From positions 75,366 to 139,365 of the forward strand of contig CAZGQR010000003.1 of assembly GCA_964527765.1 (NCBI GenBank): a stretch of DNA of 64,000 nucleotides, written 5' to 3'. A model generated the notes under the pieces. That model was not told where the DNA came from. It worked only from the letters and a program-made list of their open reading frames with translations, and did not search any database. Position 1 is the first letter of the stretch. Every line of letters starts with the position of its first letter. The position numbers and the translations under genes were made by a program. This DNA is from an uncultured Planctomycetia bacterium. GTDB taxonomy: Bacteria > Omnitrophota > Gorgyraeia > Tantalellales > Tantalellaceae. Shown in pieces: positions 29,964-40,608 of the stretch.

Positions 29964-30962
29964 ATGAGCACGAAAAATACCGTAAAATGGACAAAGAAAC
30001 ATCTTCTGGGGATCGAAGACCTTTCCGCGGAAGAAATACAGCTTATACTTGATCATGCCGTGGGGTTCAAGGAAGTGCTGGAGAGGCCCATACCAAAAGT
30101 CCCCACCTTGAGAGGCAAGACCATCGTTAATATGTTCTGTGAGCCCTCCACAAGGACGCGCTCTTCGTTCGAGCTTGCGGCCAAGAGATTGAGCGCGGAC
30201 ACGCTGAATCTTGCGACGGCATCTTCCAGCTTCCTTAAAGGAGAAACCCTGAAAGATACGGCCAGGAACATCGAGGCGATGAAAGTGGACATGATCGTCA
30301 TGCGCCACGCGTGCCCCGGAGCGCCCCATTTTCTTTCCGGCTGTGTAGGGGCATCGGTGATCAACGCCGGGGACGGAGCCCACGAGCACCCCACCCAGGC
30401 CCTGCTTGACGTGTTCACGATCAGGGAAAAGCTGGGGAAGGTAAAGGGCCTTAAGGTCAGCATAATAGGGGATATTGCCCATTCGAGGGTCGCCCGGAGC
30501 AATATCTGGGCATTAACAAAATTGGGAGCAAAGGTTACGGTGTGCGGTCCCAAGACTTTGATCCCGGTCGAGATAGAAAAAATGGGGGTCAGAGCCACGT
30601 ATGACGTAAAAGAAGCGCTGAGTGGGGCGGATGTCCTGAACATGTTAAGGATACAGCTCGAAAGGCAGAAAAGGCCCCTTTTCCCCAGCATACGGGAGTA
30701 TGTAAGGGAGTTCGGCATAAACTCCCGCCTTTTAGAGAAACACGCTAAAAAAGAGGTGATGATAATGCATCCGGGGCCGATAAATAGAGGCGTTGAGCTC
30801 AGCCAGGATGTTGCGGACGGAGAGTATTCCGTTATACTCAACCAGGTAACGAACGGTGTTGCAGTAAGAATGGCGGTGTTATTTCTGCTGGGACACGTTA
30901 AAAAGGAACAAGTGGGGGAACAGCACAAGAAAATGATGAAAAACAAGCTGACAATCCCATAA
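29964..30962 (+). CDS. pyrB: Aspartate carbamoyltransferase catalytic subunit
   Basis: [15 protein letters not shown] and HPGP motifs. 332 aa, with a roughly 25-aa C-terminal extension. Confidence 0.94.
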   Translation: MSTKNTVKWTKKHLLGIEDLSAEEIQLILDHAVGFKEVLERPIPKVPTLRGKTIVNMFCEPSTRTRSSFELAAKRLSADTLNLATASSSFLKGETLKDTARNIEAMKVDMIVMRHACPGAPHFLSGCVGASVINAGDGAHEHPTQALLDVFTIREKLGKVKGLKVSIIGDIAHSRVARSNIWALTKLGAKVTVCGPKTLIPVEIEKMGVRATYDVKEALSGADVLNMLRIQLERQKRPLFPSIREYVREFGINSRLLEKHAKKEVMIMHPGPINRGVELSQDVADGEYSVILNQVTNGVAVRMAVLFLLGHVKKEQVGEQHKKMMKNKLTIP

Positions 30963-30996
30963 ATATGCTTAAATAAAGGTCAAAAGTGGAGCAAAT

Positions 30997-32280
30997 ATGA
31001 AAATTTTGATAAAAAACGGAAGGATCATAGACCCGTCTCAAGGAATTGATAAGACAGGGGACATATTGGTCGAGAACGGGAAGATCGCACAGGCCGGCGG
31101 GTCCATAAAGGACAAAAACGCTAAAACGATTTTAGCCAAAGACAAGATCGTAGCTCCCGGTTTTGTGGACATGCATACCCATTTGAGGGAGCCCGGCCGG
31201 GAGGAAGTCGAGACGATAGAAACGGCCCTGAGCGCGGCGGTCAGCGGCGGTTTTACGACGGTCAGCGCCATGCCGAATACGGAACCCCCCTGCGACAGCC
31301 AGGCCCATGTGAAGTTTCTGCTTGAGAGGGCGGCTGAGGTCAAGCTGGCAAATATATTACCGGTAGGGACGATCACCAAGAACAGGGAAGGCCTCGAGAT
31401 GTCCGAGATGGGGGAATTAAGACAGGCAGGATGCCTTGCGGTTTCGGATGACGGGGATCCCGTGGCCGATCCGGGGCTTATGAGGATAGCCATGGAATAT
31501 GCGTCCATGGTCGATCTCCTCGTGATATCCCACTGCGAGGATAAGGCCCTTTCTGCCGAAGGCGTCATGCACGAGGGATACTGGTCAACGGTCCTTGGGC
31601 TGAAGCCCATACCGGCAGAGGCGGAGAGCACGATAGTCGAACGCGATATCCGTCTTGCGGGATTGGCCGGGGCCAGGCTGCACATCGCCCATGTCTCCAC
31701 GGCCGAGAGCGTGGAAATCATAAAAAACGCCAAGAAAGAAGGCGTGAAGGTAACCGCGGAAGTTACGCCGCATCATTTCACGCTCAGCGATGAAGCCCTT
31801 AAGACATTCGATACCAACATGAAGGTTTCGCCTCCGCTGCGGTCCGCAAAAGACGTACAGGCCTTAAAGGAGGGGATCAGAGACGGAACGATCGATGTCA
31901 TAGCCACGGATCATGCCCCGCACCTGGCGAACGAGAAAGAAAAGGAATTCGACTACGCGCCTTTCGGGATGATCGGCCTGGAAACGGCGCTCCCGCTGGC
32001 GGTCATGAAACTCGTTGATGAAGGATATCTGGATTGGCCCGGGCTTATCCGGAAACTGTCAACAAGGCCTTCGGAAATATTGAAATACAACAGGGGCTCG
32101 CTGGAAAAGGGAGCCCCTGCCGATATCGTGATAATCGACCCGGCCAAAGAATGGATTTATACCAGGGACAGGATCAGGTCGCGCTCGAGTAATTCTCCGT
32201 TCATCGGCTGGAGGATGAAGTCAGCGGTGACAGATGTCATTGTCGGGGGAAAGATCGTCCTGAAGACGGCGGGAATGTAG
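30997..32280 (+). CDS. pyrC: Dihydroorotase
   Basis: DMHTHLREPG metal site, ATDHAPH. 427 aa. Confidence 0.94.
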   Translation: MKILIKNGRIIDPSQGIDKTGDILVENGKIAQAGGSIKDKNAKTILAKDKIVAPGFVDMHTHLREPGREEVETIETALSAAVSGGFTTVSAMPNTEPPCDSQAHVKFLLERAAEVKLANILPVGTITKNREGLEMSEMGELRQAGCLAVSDDGDPVADPGLMRIAMEYASMVDLLVISHCEDKALSAEGVMHEGYWSTVLGLKPIPAEAESTIVERDIRLAGLAGARLHIAHVSTAESVEIIKNAKKEGVKVTAEVTPHHFTLSDEALKTFDTNMKVSPPLRSAKDVQALKEGIRDGTIDVIATDHAPHLANEKEKEFDYAPFGMIGLETALPLAVMKLVDEGYLDWPGLIRKLSTRPSEILKYNRGSLEKGAPADIVIIDPAKEWIYTRDRIRSRSSNSPFIGWRMKSAVTDVIVGGKIVLKTAGM

Positions 32281-32297
32281 TTTGGCTGCGGGCTGAC

Positions 32298-32765
32298 ATG
32301 CATAAAGAGAGATTCATAGTTACCAAGGAGCTCGGGAAGCTGGCAAAGTGGCTGCGGATACTGGGGTATGACAGCGTGTATTATGACGGGAAAGAGACCG
32401 CCGGGCTTGTGATACAGGCGCTGAGGGACAAGAGGGTCCTCATCACGCGCAGTTCCGCGCTGACAAAATATACGGGGGTGCAGGTAGTGGTCGTAAGATC
32501 TGACCATGTGGAAGAACAGCTGGAGCAGGTCACGCGCGAACTCGGCCTGCTGCTGGATGAAGAGCTCCTGTTCCAGCGGTGCGTCGAATGCAATGCCCCG
32601 CTGGAAGATATCAGCAAAAAAAAGGTCGAAGGAAAGGTGCCGGAATATGTATTTGAGACGCAGGAGCGCTTCAAGCGGTGCCCGCAGTGCGACAAAGTAT
32701 TCTGGAAAGGGACACATTGGGACATGGTGAAAAAATGGCTGGCAAAAAAGCGTCAAAAAAAGTAA
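32298..32765 (+). CDS. Mut7-C (DUF82) PIN-like/Zn-ribbon domain protein
   Basis: LGKLAKWLRILGYDS, QRCVECNAPL, RCPQCDKVFWKGTHW match the Mut7-C RNase-domain architecture. 155 aa. Confidence 0.7.
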   Translation: MHKERFIVTKELGKLAKWLRILGYDSVYYDGKETAGLVIQALRDKRVLITRSSALTKYTGVQVVVVRSDHVEEQLEQVTRELGLLLDEELLFQRCVECNAPLEDISKKKVEGKVPEYVFETQERFKRCPQCDKVFWKGTHWDMVKKWLAKKRQKK

Positions 32766-33547
32766 TAAAAGCGAAAATATGCCTCAATAAAAGCATCGCC
32801 CCGGATTATTTTGTGATGCGGATCGAATCGGGATGGCTGGCCCGAAACTCTTCTCCCGGCCAGTTCGTCACGGTCAAGATCCAGGAAAATGTGAAGGACC
32901 CCCTGCTCAGGATCCCTCTTGGCGTGCACGCGATCCGCGGAAAGGGGATCGACCTGCTGTACAAAGTCGTCGGGCCCGGGACCCGCTGCTTGAGCTCAAG
33001 GAACAAGGGCGAGAAGATCGATGTGCTGGGGCCGTTGGGAAACGGATTCGATCTTGCCCCGCTTGCACGCGGGCAAGACCCCAGGGTTGTCGTGGTCGCA
33101 GGCGGGCACGGCATCGCGCCGCTTTATGCTCTGGCCGAAGCCATTACGACAAAACGGAAAAAAGTAGATTTTTTCAACGGCGTATATACCAGAAAAAATA
33201 TCGTCTGCTCAAAAGAACTTAAGAAGCTCGGCGCAAGAGTTCGTATAGCGACAGAAGACGGGACGCAGGGGCACAAGGGATACGTGACGGATCTTCTGGA
33301 GAAGAAACTTAAAGCCGGCGCGTATGACCCGAAGAACACGGTCATATATGCCTGCGGCCCCAGGCCGATGCTTGCCGCTCTTGCAAAAATAGCCGAACGT
33401 TTCGGGGTGCCTGCCCAGGTCTCGCTTGATGCATACATGGCTTGCGGGATCGGCGCCTGCCTCGGCTGCTCTGTCATGACGACAGACGGGTATCGGCTCG
33501 TGTGCAAGGACGGCCCCGTGTTTGACGCCCGGGAGATCGTATGGTAA
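32735..33547 (+). CDS. pyrK: Dihydroorotate dehydrogenase B electron-transfer subunit
   Basis: Only in-frame ATG giving a PyrK-length product (270 aa). FAD/NAD-binding domain and C-terminal 2Fe-2S motif CGIGACLGC...C. Overlaps the Mut7-C gene by 31 nt. Confidence 0.88.
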   Translation: MAGKKASKKVIKAKICLNKSIAPDYFVMRIESGWLARNSSPGQFVTVKIQENVKDPLLRIPLGVHAIRGKGIDLLYKVVGPGTRCLSSRNKGEKIDVLGPLGNGFDLAPLARGQDPRVVVVAGGHGIAPLYALAEAITTKRKKVDFFNGVYTRKNIVCSKELKKLGARVRIATEDGTQGHKGYVTDLLEKKLKAGAYDPKNTVIYACGPRPMLAALAKIAERFGVPAQVSLDAYMACGIGACLGCSVMTTDGYRLVCKDGPVFDAREIVW

Positions 33548-33581
33548 AACATTATAACATAGGCGGGACAGGTCTGAAAAT

Positions 33582-34499
33582 ATGGACTTACAGGTAACAA
33601 TAGGGAAAATAAGGTTCAAGAACCCGATATGGGTGGCTTCGGGGACCTTTGGGTACGGAGAAGAGTTCCTGGATTTTGTTGACCTCGATAATATAGGCGC
33701 GATAGTCACAAAGACCCTGACGCCGGAGGCGCGGGAAGGCAACCCCCCGCCCAGGCTCGTGGAAACGCCCTCGGGGCTGCTTAACTCCATAGGGCTTGAG
33801 AATGAAGGCGTCGATCATTTTAAAGCGGAGCATTACCCATTCCTGAAAAAACTTAAGACAAGAATAATAGTAAGCATCGGGGGCCTGAGAAAAGAAGAAT
33901 TCGAAAGATGCGCGGAAAAACTTTCCGCGGAGGACCCTCCGGACGCTATTGAGATCAATCTTTCCTGTCCAAATGTCACCCATGCCGGGACGCGGCACGC
34001 CTATATATCCCAGGATCCCCGCGCAACGGAGAGAATAGTTTCAGCCTGCCGGAGGAAGGCCGGGTGCGCCGTCATAGCAAAACTTACGCCGGATGTAACG
34101 GATATCGCTGTCATAGCCGGGGCGGCAGAGGCCGGCGGCGCCGATGCCGTGTCCTTGATCAATACCTGCCCGGGGATAGCGGTGGATGCGGAAGAAATGA
34201 AGCCGGTACTCGGCAACATTGTCGGGGGCCTGAGCGGGCCGGCGATAAAGCCGATCGCCCTGAAAGCGGTCCGGGATGTGTACGGGAAGGTAAAGATCCC
34301 GGTGATAGGAATAGGCGGCGTGATGACGGGTATTGACGTTGCAGAGTTCATGTTGTGCGGTGCCTGTGCGGTACAGGTGGGAACGGCGAACCTTGCGGAC
34401 CCCGTCGCGTATGACAGGATCCTTGGAGAGTTCGAGACATATCTGAGACAAAAGAAAATAGAGAAAGCAAGCTCGCTGGTGGGCAGACTCAAAACTTAG
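33582..34499 (+). CDS. pyrD: Dihydroorotate dehydrogenase B catalytic subunit
   Basis: NPIWVASGTFGYG, LNSIGLEN, NLSCPN, IGIGGV. 305 aa. Confidence 0.94.
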   Translation: MDLQVTIGKIRFKNPIWVASGTFGYGEEFLDFVDLDNIGAIVTKTLTPEAREGNPPPRLVETPSGLLNSIGLENEGVDHFKAEHYPFLKKLKTRIIVSIGGLRKEEFERCAEKLSAEDPPDAIEINLSCPNVTHAGTRHAYISQDPRATERIVSACRRKAGCAVIAKLTPDVTDIAVIAGAAEAGGADAVSLINTCPGIAVDAEEMKPVLGNIVGGLSGPAIKPIALKAVRDVYGKVKIPVIGIGGVMTGIDVAEFMLCGACAVQVGTANLADPVAYDRILGEFETYLRQKKIEKASSLVGRLKT

Positions 34500-34526
34500 A
34501 ATCTTTGACTTGCAGGCGGGAGGAAT

Positions 34527-35228
34527 ATGGCGGCGAAAGAAAAACTAATAGTGGCATTGGACGCGGAAAGCCCGGGCCAGGCCCTCAAGCTTATAGACAT
34601 TCTCTCCGATGAGGTCGAGATCTTCAAGGTAGGGATCGCACCGTTTACCGGGTTTGGGCAGAAAGTGCTGGAAAAGCTGCATTCGGCCGGGAAGAAAGTT
34701 TTTCTGGACCTTAAGTTCCATGATATCCCAAATACGGTCGCCGGCGCGGCGCGGGCCGCCGCGGAGAAAGGCGTGTTCATGATGAATTTTCACTGTCTTG
34801 GAGGCCGCAGCATGCTGGAAGCGGCGGCGAAAGGCGCAAGGGAAGCGAAAAGCGGGGGAAAGCCGATCCTGCTGGGCGTCACGATACTCACCAGCATGAA
34901 CAATGAGGATATGCGCTCCATAGGGATCGCGGGAGATCTGCAGGAGAAAGTGATCGAACTCGCCCGGCTTGCCGCTGACAGCGGGCTTGACGGCGTGGTA
35001 GCTTCGGCGAAGGAAGCTCGCGCCATCAAGGAGAAAATAGGAAAAGATTTTCTGGTCGTGACCCCGGGGGTCCGCCCGGAGTGGGCCGCCCGGGGCGATC
35101 AAAAAAGGATACTGACCCCGAAACAGGCGATGTCCGAAGGGGCGGACTATATCGTTGTCGGCAGGCCGATAATCCAGGCGGAGGATCCGGCTGCCGCGGC
35201 GAAAAAAATAATAGAGGAAATGGGTTAA
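34527..35228 (+). CDS. pyrF: Orotidine 5'-phosphate decarboxylase
   Basis: LIVALD, DLKFHDIPNTV, VVGRPI. 233 aa. Confidence 0.93.
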   Translation: MAAKEKLIVALDAESPGQALKLIDILSDEVEIFKVGIAPFTGFGQKVLEKLHSAGKKVFLDLKFHDIPNTVAGAARAAAEKGVFMMNFHCLGGRSMLEAAAKGAREAKSGGKPILLGVTILTSMNNEDMRSIGIAGDLQEKVIELARLAADSGLDGVVASAKEARAIKEKIGKDFLVVTPGVRPEWAARGDQKRILTPKQAMSEGADYIVVGRPIIQAEDPAAAAKKIIEEMG

Positions 35229-35265
35229 GGTATTAGTAAGGTCGCTTGTTAAAGGAGACGCGATT

Positions 35266-35841
35266 ATGCAAGAGATGGAAATAATGGATATTTTTACCAA
35301 GACGGGAGCTTACCAGCAGGGGCACTTTTTGCTGTCCAGCGGGTTACATTCGGGAGCGTATCTGCAATGCGCGCTGGTCCTGCAGGACCCGATCCTTGCT
35401 GCGAGACTATGCGGCGTCCTGGCGGCAAAATTCCGGACGGATGAACCCGATATCGTGATCGGACCGGCCATGGGCGGCATAGTCCTGGCCTATGAACTGG
35501 CCAGGAACTTGAATGCCCGGGCGATCTTTGCGGAAAGGGACAAAGAGGGGAAGATGGCGCTTCGCAGAGGGTTCAGGATCGTGCCGGGAAGCAAAGTGCT
35601 GGTCGCTGAAGACGTGCTTACGACCGGAGGCTCGGTCAAAGAGGTAGTATCCCTTATAGAGAAAGACGGCATAGCCCCGATAGGAATAGCATGCCTGGTG
35701 GACAGGAGCGCGAAGAAAATCGATTTTGGTGGAATAAAGCACGAAAGCCTGATAAAATTGGATATTCCCACTTTCACCAAAGAAACATGCCCTCTTTGCC
35801 AGGAAGGCATACCTGTCGTGAAGCCGGGATCCAGGGGCTGA
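35266..35841 (+). CDS. pyrE: Orotate phosphoribosyltransferase
   Basis: GHFLLSSGLHS, PRPP motif VLVAEDVLTTGGS. 191 aa. The exact start is uncertain, as several N-terminal Met codons are available. Confidence 0.9.
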   Translation: MQEMEIMDIFTKTGAYQQGHFLLSSGLHSGAYLQCALVLQDPILAARLCGVLAAKFRTDEPDIVIGPAMGGIVLAYELARNLNARAIFAERDKEGKMALRRGFRIVPGSKVLVAEDVLTTGGSVKEVVSLIEKDGIAPIGIACLVDRSAKKIDFGGIKHESLIKLDIPTFTKETCPLCQEGIPVVKPGSRG

Positions 35842-35856
35842 CAAAAGGAGAAGATC

Positions 35857-36474
35857 ATGGAAATGGAACTGAAAAGCATAATCGAAAAAATAAAAGAGGA
35901 AGGCGTCGAGGAAGGGCAGAAAAAAGCCACCGATATAATCGGCCAGGCCGAAAATAAGGCCAAGGAAACCATAGAAGCGGCCGAAAAGGAAAAGGAAGAT
36001 ACAGTAAAGAATGCCGCAAAAGAGGCCGAGAGGCTGCGGAAGAACGGGGAAGAAGCCTTGCGCCAGGCCTCGCGCGATGTTTTGCTTGGGCTGAAAGAAG
36101 AGATCACCGCGCTTTTTGACAGCGTGATAAAAGAGGAGGTGGCGAAGCAGCTCTCGCCGGAGGTTCTTAAAGATATGATAATTACCCTTGTGCAGAAGTT
36201 CAAAAGGGACGAAGAACCTGATATAGAGATCCTGCTGAGCGACAAGGATAAAAAAGCCCTGGAAAAGGTCCTTTTGGCCAGGTTCAAGGAAAAGATGGCA
36301 AAAGGCGTGACCTTAAAGGCGTCTCCCAAAGTGGAAAAGGGATTCCTGATGGGAGGCAAAGGAAAAGGGGCTTATTACGACTTCACGGACGAAGCGATAG
36401 CAGAAGTGTTTAAAGCGTTTCTGAACCCCAAAATAGCGGATCTCTTAAATCCCGGAAAAAAAGATGTCAAATAA
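35857..36474 (+). CDS. atpE: V-type ATPase subunit E
   Basis: 205 aa. Lys/Glu-rich coiled-coil N-terminus and globular C-terminus. First gene of the V-ATPase cluster, 15 nt after pyrE. Confidence 0.8.
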   Translation: MEMELKSIIEKIKEEGVEEGQKKATDIIGQAENKAKETIEAAEKEKEDTVKNAAKEAERLRKNGEEALRQASRDVLLGLKEEITALFDSVIKEEVAKQLSPEVLKDMIITLVQKFKRDEEPDIEILLSDKDKKALEKVLLARFKEKMAKGVTLKASPKVEKGFLMGGKGKGAYYDFTDEAIAEVFKAFLNPKIADLLNPGKKDVK

Positions 36475-36967
36475 GTATTATTATCTTGGGGCGTCGCTCC
36501 CGTACGTCAGTTTCGGGGACGACCCTCCTTTCAGCAGGGAAGGGTTTATCGCGGAATGCGAAAAGTGGCTCTCGCCGGCCGACATGCAAGCGCTGCTCTC
36601 GGCGGACCTGCACTGCCGGGAGGAAAAATGCGAGGGCATTCCGCTCTTAAGAAGATGGAAGAGCTTTGACGCGGCCTTGAAGGCGGAGCTGGCGCGTATC
36701 AGGGCGGCGGCAAAAAAGGGCGAAGGATACAAGACCTCCGACATACTTAAGAACATCATGGGCAAGGAGACCCCTCTTCTCATGGAACGGGCTTTGGAAA
36801 AACTCAGGTGGATATTCATCGAAGAATGCAGCAAACAATATTTTTACGATATAAACGCGCTGGCCTCCTATTTTTTAAAGGTGCAGATCCTTGAAAGGCT
36901 GGCAACATTCAACAAAGACGAAGGCGAAAAATTCTTTTACAGTTTGTGCGAGGTAAAATATGAGTAA
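36464..36967 (+). CDS. DUF2764-type V-ATPase operon protein (putative subunit C equivalent)
   Basis: 167 aa, YYYLGASLPY... N-terminus. Sits between E and A, as in Bacteroidota/Chlamydiota V-ATPase operons. Overlaps both neighbours. Confidence 0.6.
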   Translation: MSNKYYYLGASLPYVSFGDDPPFSREGFIAECEKWLSPADMQALLSADLHCREEKCEGIPLLRRWKSFDAALKAELARIRAAAKKGEGYKTSDILKNIMGKETPLLMERALEKLRWIFIEECSKQYFYDINALASYFLKVQILERLATFNKDEGEKFFYSLCEVKYE

Positions 36968-38690
36968 ACAGTTGGGCAGAATAGCGGGCATTAACGGGAA
37001 CATGATAACGGTGAAATTCCCGAGCGATATCATCCAGAACGAGGTCGCGTACGTGCTGAGCCGGGGGAAAAGGCTGAAGGCTGAAGTCGTGAAGATCAGA
37101 GGCAATGACGCGTTCCTCCAGGTGTTCGAATACACGAAAGGCATAAAGGTCGGGGACGAAGTCGAATTTTCGGGAAAGATGCTTTCGGTGCAGCTGGGGC
37201 CGGGGCTCCTGACCCAGATCTATGACGGATTACAGAACCCGCTTCCGGAACTTGCCGAAAAATTCGGTTTTTTCCTGCCGGTGGGAGAAGAGCTTAACGC
37301 TCTTTCGTCCGAGAAGGAATGGAAATTTACCCCGATCGCCAAAAAGGGAGACAAGGTCACGAGAGGCTGTTTTCTCGGGGAAGTGCCGGAGGGGATCTTC
37401 AAGCATAAGATAATGGTGCCTTTCGATCTGCGGGAAGAGTATACGGTCGAGAAAATGGCGCCCCCGGGGGATTATACGATAGACAAGAAAATCGCGGAGC
37501 TGAAGGACTCGAAAGGAAACGCGATCGACGTGACCATGACATTCGACTGGCCGGTAAAAATACCCGTAAGGGCGTATGAAGATAAGATACAGCCCAAAGG
37601 TTCCCTTATAACGAAGGTCAGGATCATCGATACGCTCTTTCCGGTTGCCAGGGGCGGGACATACTGCATCCCCGGGCCCTTCGGTGCGGGCAAGACCGTG
37701 CTTCAGCAGCTGACCAGCCGTTATGCGGACGTCGACATCGTTATCATAGCGGCCTGCGGGGAAAGAGCCGGTGAAGTAGTCGAAACATTGAAAAATTTCC
37801 CCAAGCTTACGGATCCGCGGACGGGCAGATCCCTGATGGAAAGGACCGTAATTATCTGCAACACCTCCTCGATGCCGGTAGCCGCGAGAGAATCTTCCGT
37901 ATATACCGCCTCCGCGCTGGGGGAATATTACCGGCAGATGGGGCTCAACGTGCTGCTTCTGGCCGATTCGACTTCACGCTGGGCTCAGGCGATGAGGGAG
38001 ATCTCCGGAAGGCTTGAGGAGATCCCCGGCGAGGAAGCATATCCGGCTTATCTGGAATCCCGCATAGCCAGTTTTTATGAAAGGGCCGGCCTGGTGAAGC
38101 TTCATAACGGGGGGCTGGGAAGTCTTACCATAGGGGGCACGGTAAGCCCGGCGGGGGGCAATTTTGAAGAGCCGGTCACGCAGGGGACCCTTAAGGTCGT
38201 GGGGGCCTTTCACGGCCTGTCCCGGGAAAGGGCCGAAGCAAGAAAATATCCTTCGGTCGATCCTCTCGCGAGCTGGAGCAAGTACAAAAGCATCATACCG
38301 CAGGATCAGATCGATACGGCAAGGGAAGTGCTGTTCAAGGGCGAGCAGGTCAGCCAGATGATGAAAGTCGTGGGAGAGGAAGGGACGTCCCTGGAAGACT
38401 TCGTCGTCTATCTCAAGAGCGAATTCCTTGATAACGTGTATCTCCAGCAGAACGGTTTTGACGAGGTAGATGCCTCCACATCGGCCGACCGGCAGAAATA
38501 CGTTTTTGCGAAAGTGATCGGGGTGCTGAGACGCGAGTTTCCGTTTAAGGACAAGGGGCAGGCAAGGGATTTCTTCTACAATCTGCGGCACAAGTTCATA
38601 GACTGGAATTATAAGCAGTGGGGATCCGACGAGTTTAAGGATCAGGAAAAGGAAATAAACGATTTACTGGAAGGTGAGAAACAGCCATGA
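36960..38690 (+). CDS. atpA: V-type ATPase catalytic subunit A
   Basis: Walker [10 protein letters not shown], non-homologous region, LADSTSRWA. 576 aa. Confidence 0.95.
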   Translation: MSKQLGRIAGINGNMITVKFPSDIIQNEVAYVLSRGKRLKAEVVKIRGNDAFLQVFEYTKGIKVGDEVEFSGKMLSVQLGPGLLTQIYDGLQNPLPELAEKFGFFLPVGEELNALSSEKEWKFTPIAKKGDKVTRGCFLGEVPEGIFKHKIMVPFDLREEYTVEKMAPPGDYTIDKKIAELKDSKGNAIDVTMTFDWPVKIPVRAYEDKIQPKGSLITKVRIIDTLFPVARGGTYCIPGPFGAGKTVLQQLTSRYADVDIVIIAACGERAGEVVETLKNFPKLTDPRTGRSLMERTVIICNTSSMPVAARESSVYTASALGEYYRQMGLNVLLLADSTSRWAQAMREISGRLEEIPGEEAYPAYLESRIASFYERAGLVKLHNGGLGSLTIGGTVSPAGGNFEEPVTQGTLKVVGAFHGLSRERAEARKYPSVDPLASWSKYKSIIPQDQIDTAREVLFKGEQVSQMMKVVGEEGTSLEDFVVYLKSEFLDNVYLQQNGFDEVDASTSADRQKYVFAKVIGVLRREFPFKDKGQARDFFYNLRHKFIDWNYKQWGSDEFKDQEKEINDLLEGEKQP

Positions 38691-39979
38691 GGAAAGTTTG
38701 TACCAGGATATTGAATATCGCGGGAAACGTCGTGACCGTCAAAACGGACGGCGTGGCGAACGAAGAACTTGCGGACATTTCGACTTCAAGAGGAACCTCG
38801 TTCGCCCAGGTAATACGCCTTGACGGGGATATGGTCCATCTTCAGGTATTCGCCGGCGCGGGAGGCGTGTCCACGGGGGACGAGGTGCGGTTCCTCGGAC
38901 ACCCGATGCAGGTGGGGTTTTCCGACAATATGCTGGGGAGGATATTCAACGGAAGCGGCGAACCCAGGGATAACGGCCCGGCGATCACGGAAAACATGAT
39001 AGAGATAGCCGGCCCTGCCGCGAATCCGGCGAAGAGAATAATCCCCAAGAGAATGGTCAGGACAAATGTCCCGATGATAGACCTGTTCAATTCGCTGGTC
39101 GAATCCCAGAAGCTCCCGATATTTTCCGTTTCCGGCGAACCCTATAACGAGCTTCTGGCCAGGATAGCCCTTCAGGCCGAGGTGGATATCATCATCCTGG
39201 GGGGCATCGGGCTAAAGTATGACCAGTACATGTACTTTAAGGATACCCTTGAAGAGGGCGGGGCCTTAAGCAGGACGATATTTTTCATACATACGGCGGC
39301 AGACCCGACGGTCGAGGGGCTCATGATCCCGGACCTCGCCCTGGCGGTGGCCGAGAAGTTCGCTCTCGGGGGGAAAAGAGTCCTGGCGCTTCTTACGGAT
39401 ATGACGAATTTCGCCGATGCCTTGAAAGAAATAGCCATAACAATGGAACAAGTTCCCTCTAACAGGGGATATCCGGGCGATCTTTACAGCCAGCTTGCCT
39501 CGAGGTACGAAAAAGCGGTCGATTTTGAAGGAGCCGGGTCCATAACGATCCTGGCTGTCACCACCATGCCGGGGGACGATATCACCCATCCCATTCCCGA
39601 CAATACCGGTTATATCACCGAAGGACAATTTTATCTCAGGAACGGCAGGATAGAACCGTTCGGTTCCCTGAGCAGGCTCAAGCAGCAGGTCAACAAGGAT
39701 ACGCGGGAAGACCACAGGGCCGTCATGGACAACATGATACAGCTCTATGCGAAATACGGCGAAACGGAAGAGAAAAGGTCCATGGGGTTCAGGATGAGCG
39801 ATTGGGATAAAAAACTCCTGAAGTACGGCGATCTTTTTGAGAGCCAGATGATGGACCTGAAGGTGAACGTTCCCCTGGAAGAGGCGCTTGACAACGGCTG
39901 GAGGATCCTGGCGGAATGCTTTAAGCCCGAAGAAACCAATTTCCGGACGGAACTTATAGAGAAGTTCTGGCCGAAATAA
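38687..39979 (+). CDS. atpB: V-type ATPase subunit B
   Basis: 430 aa. ...[14 protein letters not shown]..., [13 protein letters not shown] overlap with atpA. Confidence 0.94.
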   Translation: MRKVCTRILNIAGNVVTVKTDGVANEELADISTSRGTSFAQVIRLDGDMVHLQVFAGAGGVSTGDEVRFLGHPMQVGFSDNMLGRIFNGSGEPRDNGPAITENMIEIAGPAANPAKRIIPKRMVRTNVPMIDLFNSLVESQKLPIFSVSGEPYNELLARIALQAEVDIIILGGIGLKYDQYMYFKDTLEEGGALSRTIFFIHTAADPTVEGLMIPDLALAVAEKFALGGKRVLALLTDMTNFADALKEIAITMEQVPSNRGYPGDLYSQLASRYEKAVDFEGAGSITILAVTTMPGDDITHPIPDNTGYITEGQFYLRNGRIEPFGSLSRLKQQVNKDTREDHRAVMDNMIQLYAKYGETEEKRSMGFRMSDWDKKLLKYGDLFESQMMDLKVNVPLEEALDNGWRILAECFKPEETNFRTELIEKFWPK

Positions 39980-39993
39980 GACCGGCAAACCAT

Positions 39994-40608
39994 ATGGCAA
40001 AGATAAGACTGACCAAGAATGAGCTGAAAAAACAGAAAGACGCGCTGAAAAGGTACCGGCAGTATCTTCCCACCCTGATCCTGAAAAAACAACAGTTGCA
40101 GATGGAGATACTCAAACTGCACCATGCCATGGAAGACATAAAAAAAGAGAAAGCGTATGTCAAGGCTCAGACATATGAGTGGGCGGATGTTTTTACCGAG
40201 AAAGTGGGCATAGAAAAATTGGTCAGCCTGAAAGAGATCGTGACTACCACGGGGAACATTGCCGGCATCGATATACCCGTCTTCGATAAAGTGATCTTCG
40301 ACGAAAAAGAGTACGACTTTATCACTATGCCGCTGTGGATCGATTATGGCATAGAAGCGCTGAAGCGGGTCATGACGCTGAACGCGAAAATGGAAGTTCT
40401 GGAAAAACAGGATGCCCTTGTAAGGGAAGAGCTGAGGATCACGACCCAGAGAGTGAACCTTTTTGAAAAAGTGATGATCCCCGAAGCGCGCGAGAACATA
40501 AGAAAGATACAGATATATCTGGGCGATCAGGACACGGCGGCCGTTGTGACGGGGAAGATCGCCAAGGAGAAGATACAGAAAAAAGCGCAGGTGCAGGTGG
40601 GCGCATGA
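39994..40608 (+). CDS. atpD: V-type ATPase subunit D
   Basis: RLTKNELKKQKDALKRYRQYLPTL..., a long coiled coil. 204 aa. Confidence 0.88.
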   Translation: MAKIRLTKNELKKQKDALKRYRQYLPTLILKKQQLQMEILKLHHAMEDIKKEKAYVKAQTYEWADVFTEKVGIEKLVSLKEIVTTTGNIAGIDIPVFDKVIFDEKEYDFITMPLWIDYGIEALKRVMTLNAKMEVLEKQDALVREELRITTQRVNLFEKVMIPEARENIRKIQIYLGDQDTAAVVTGKIAKEKIQKKAQVQVGA

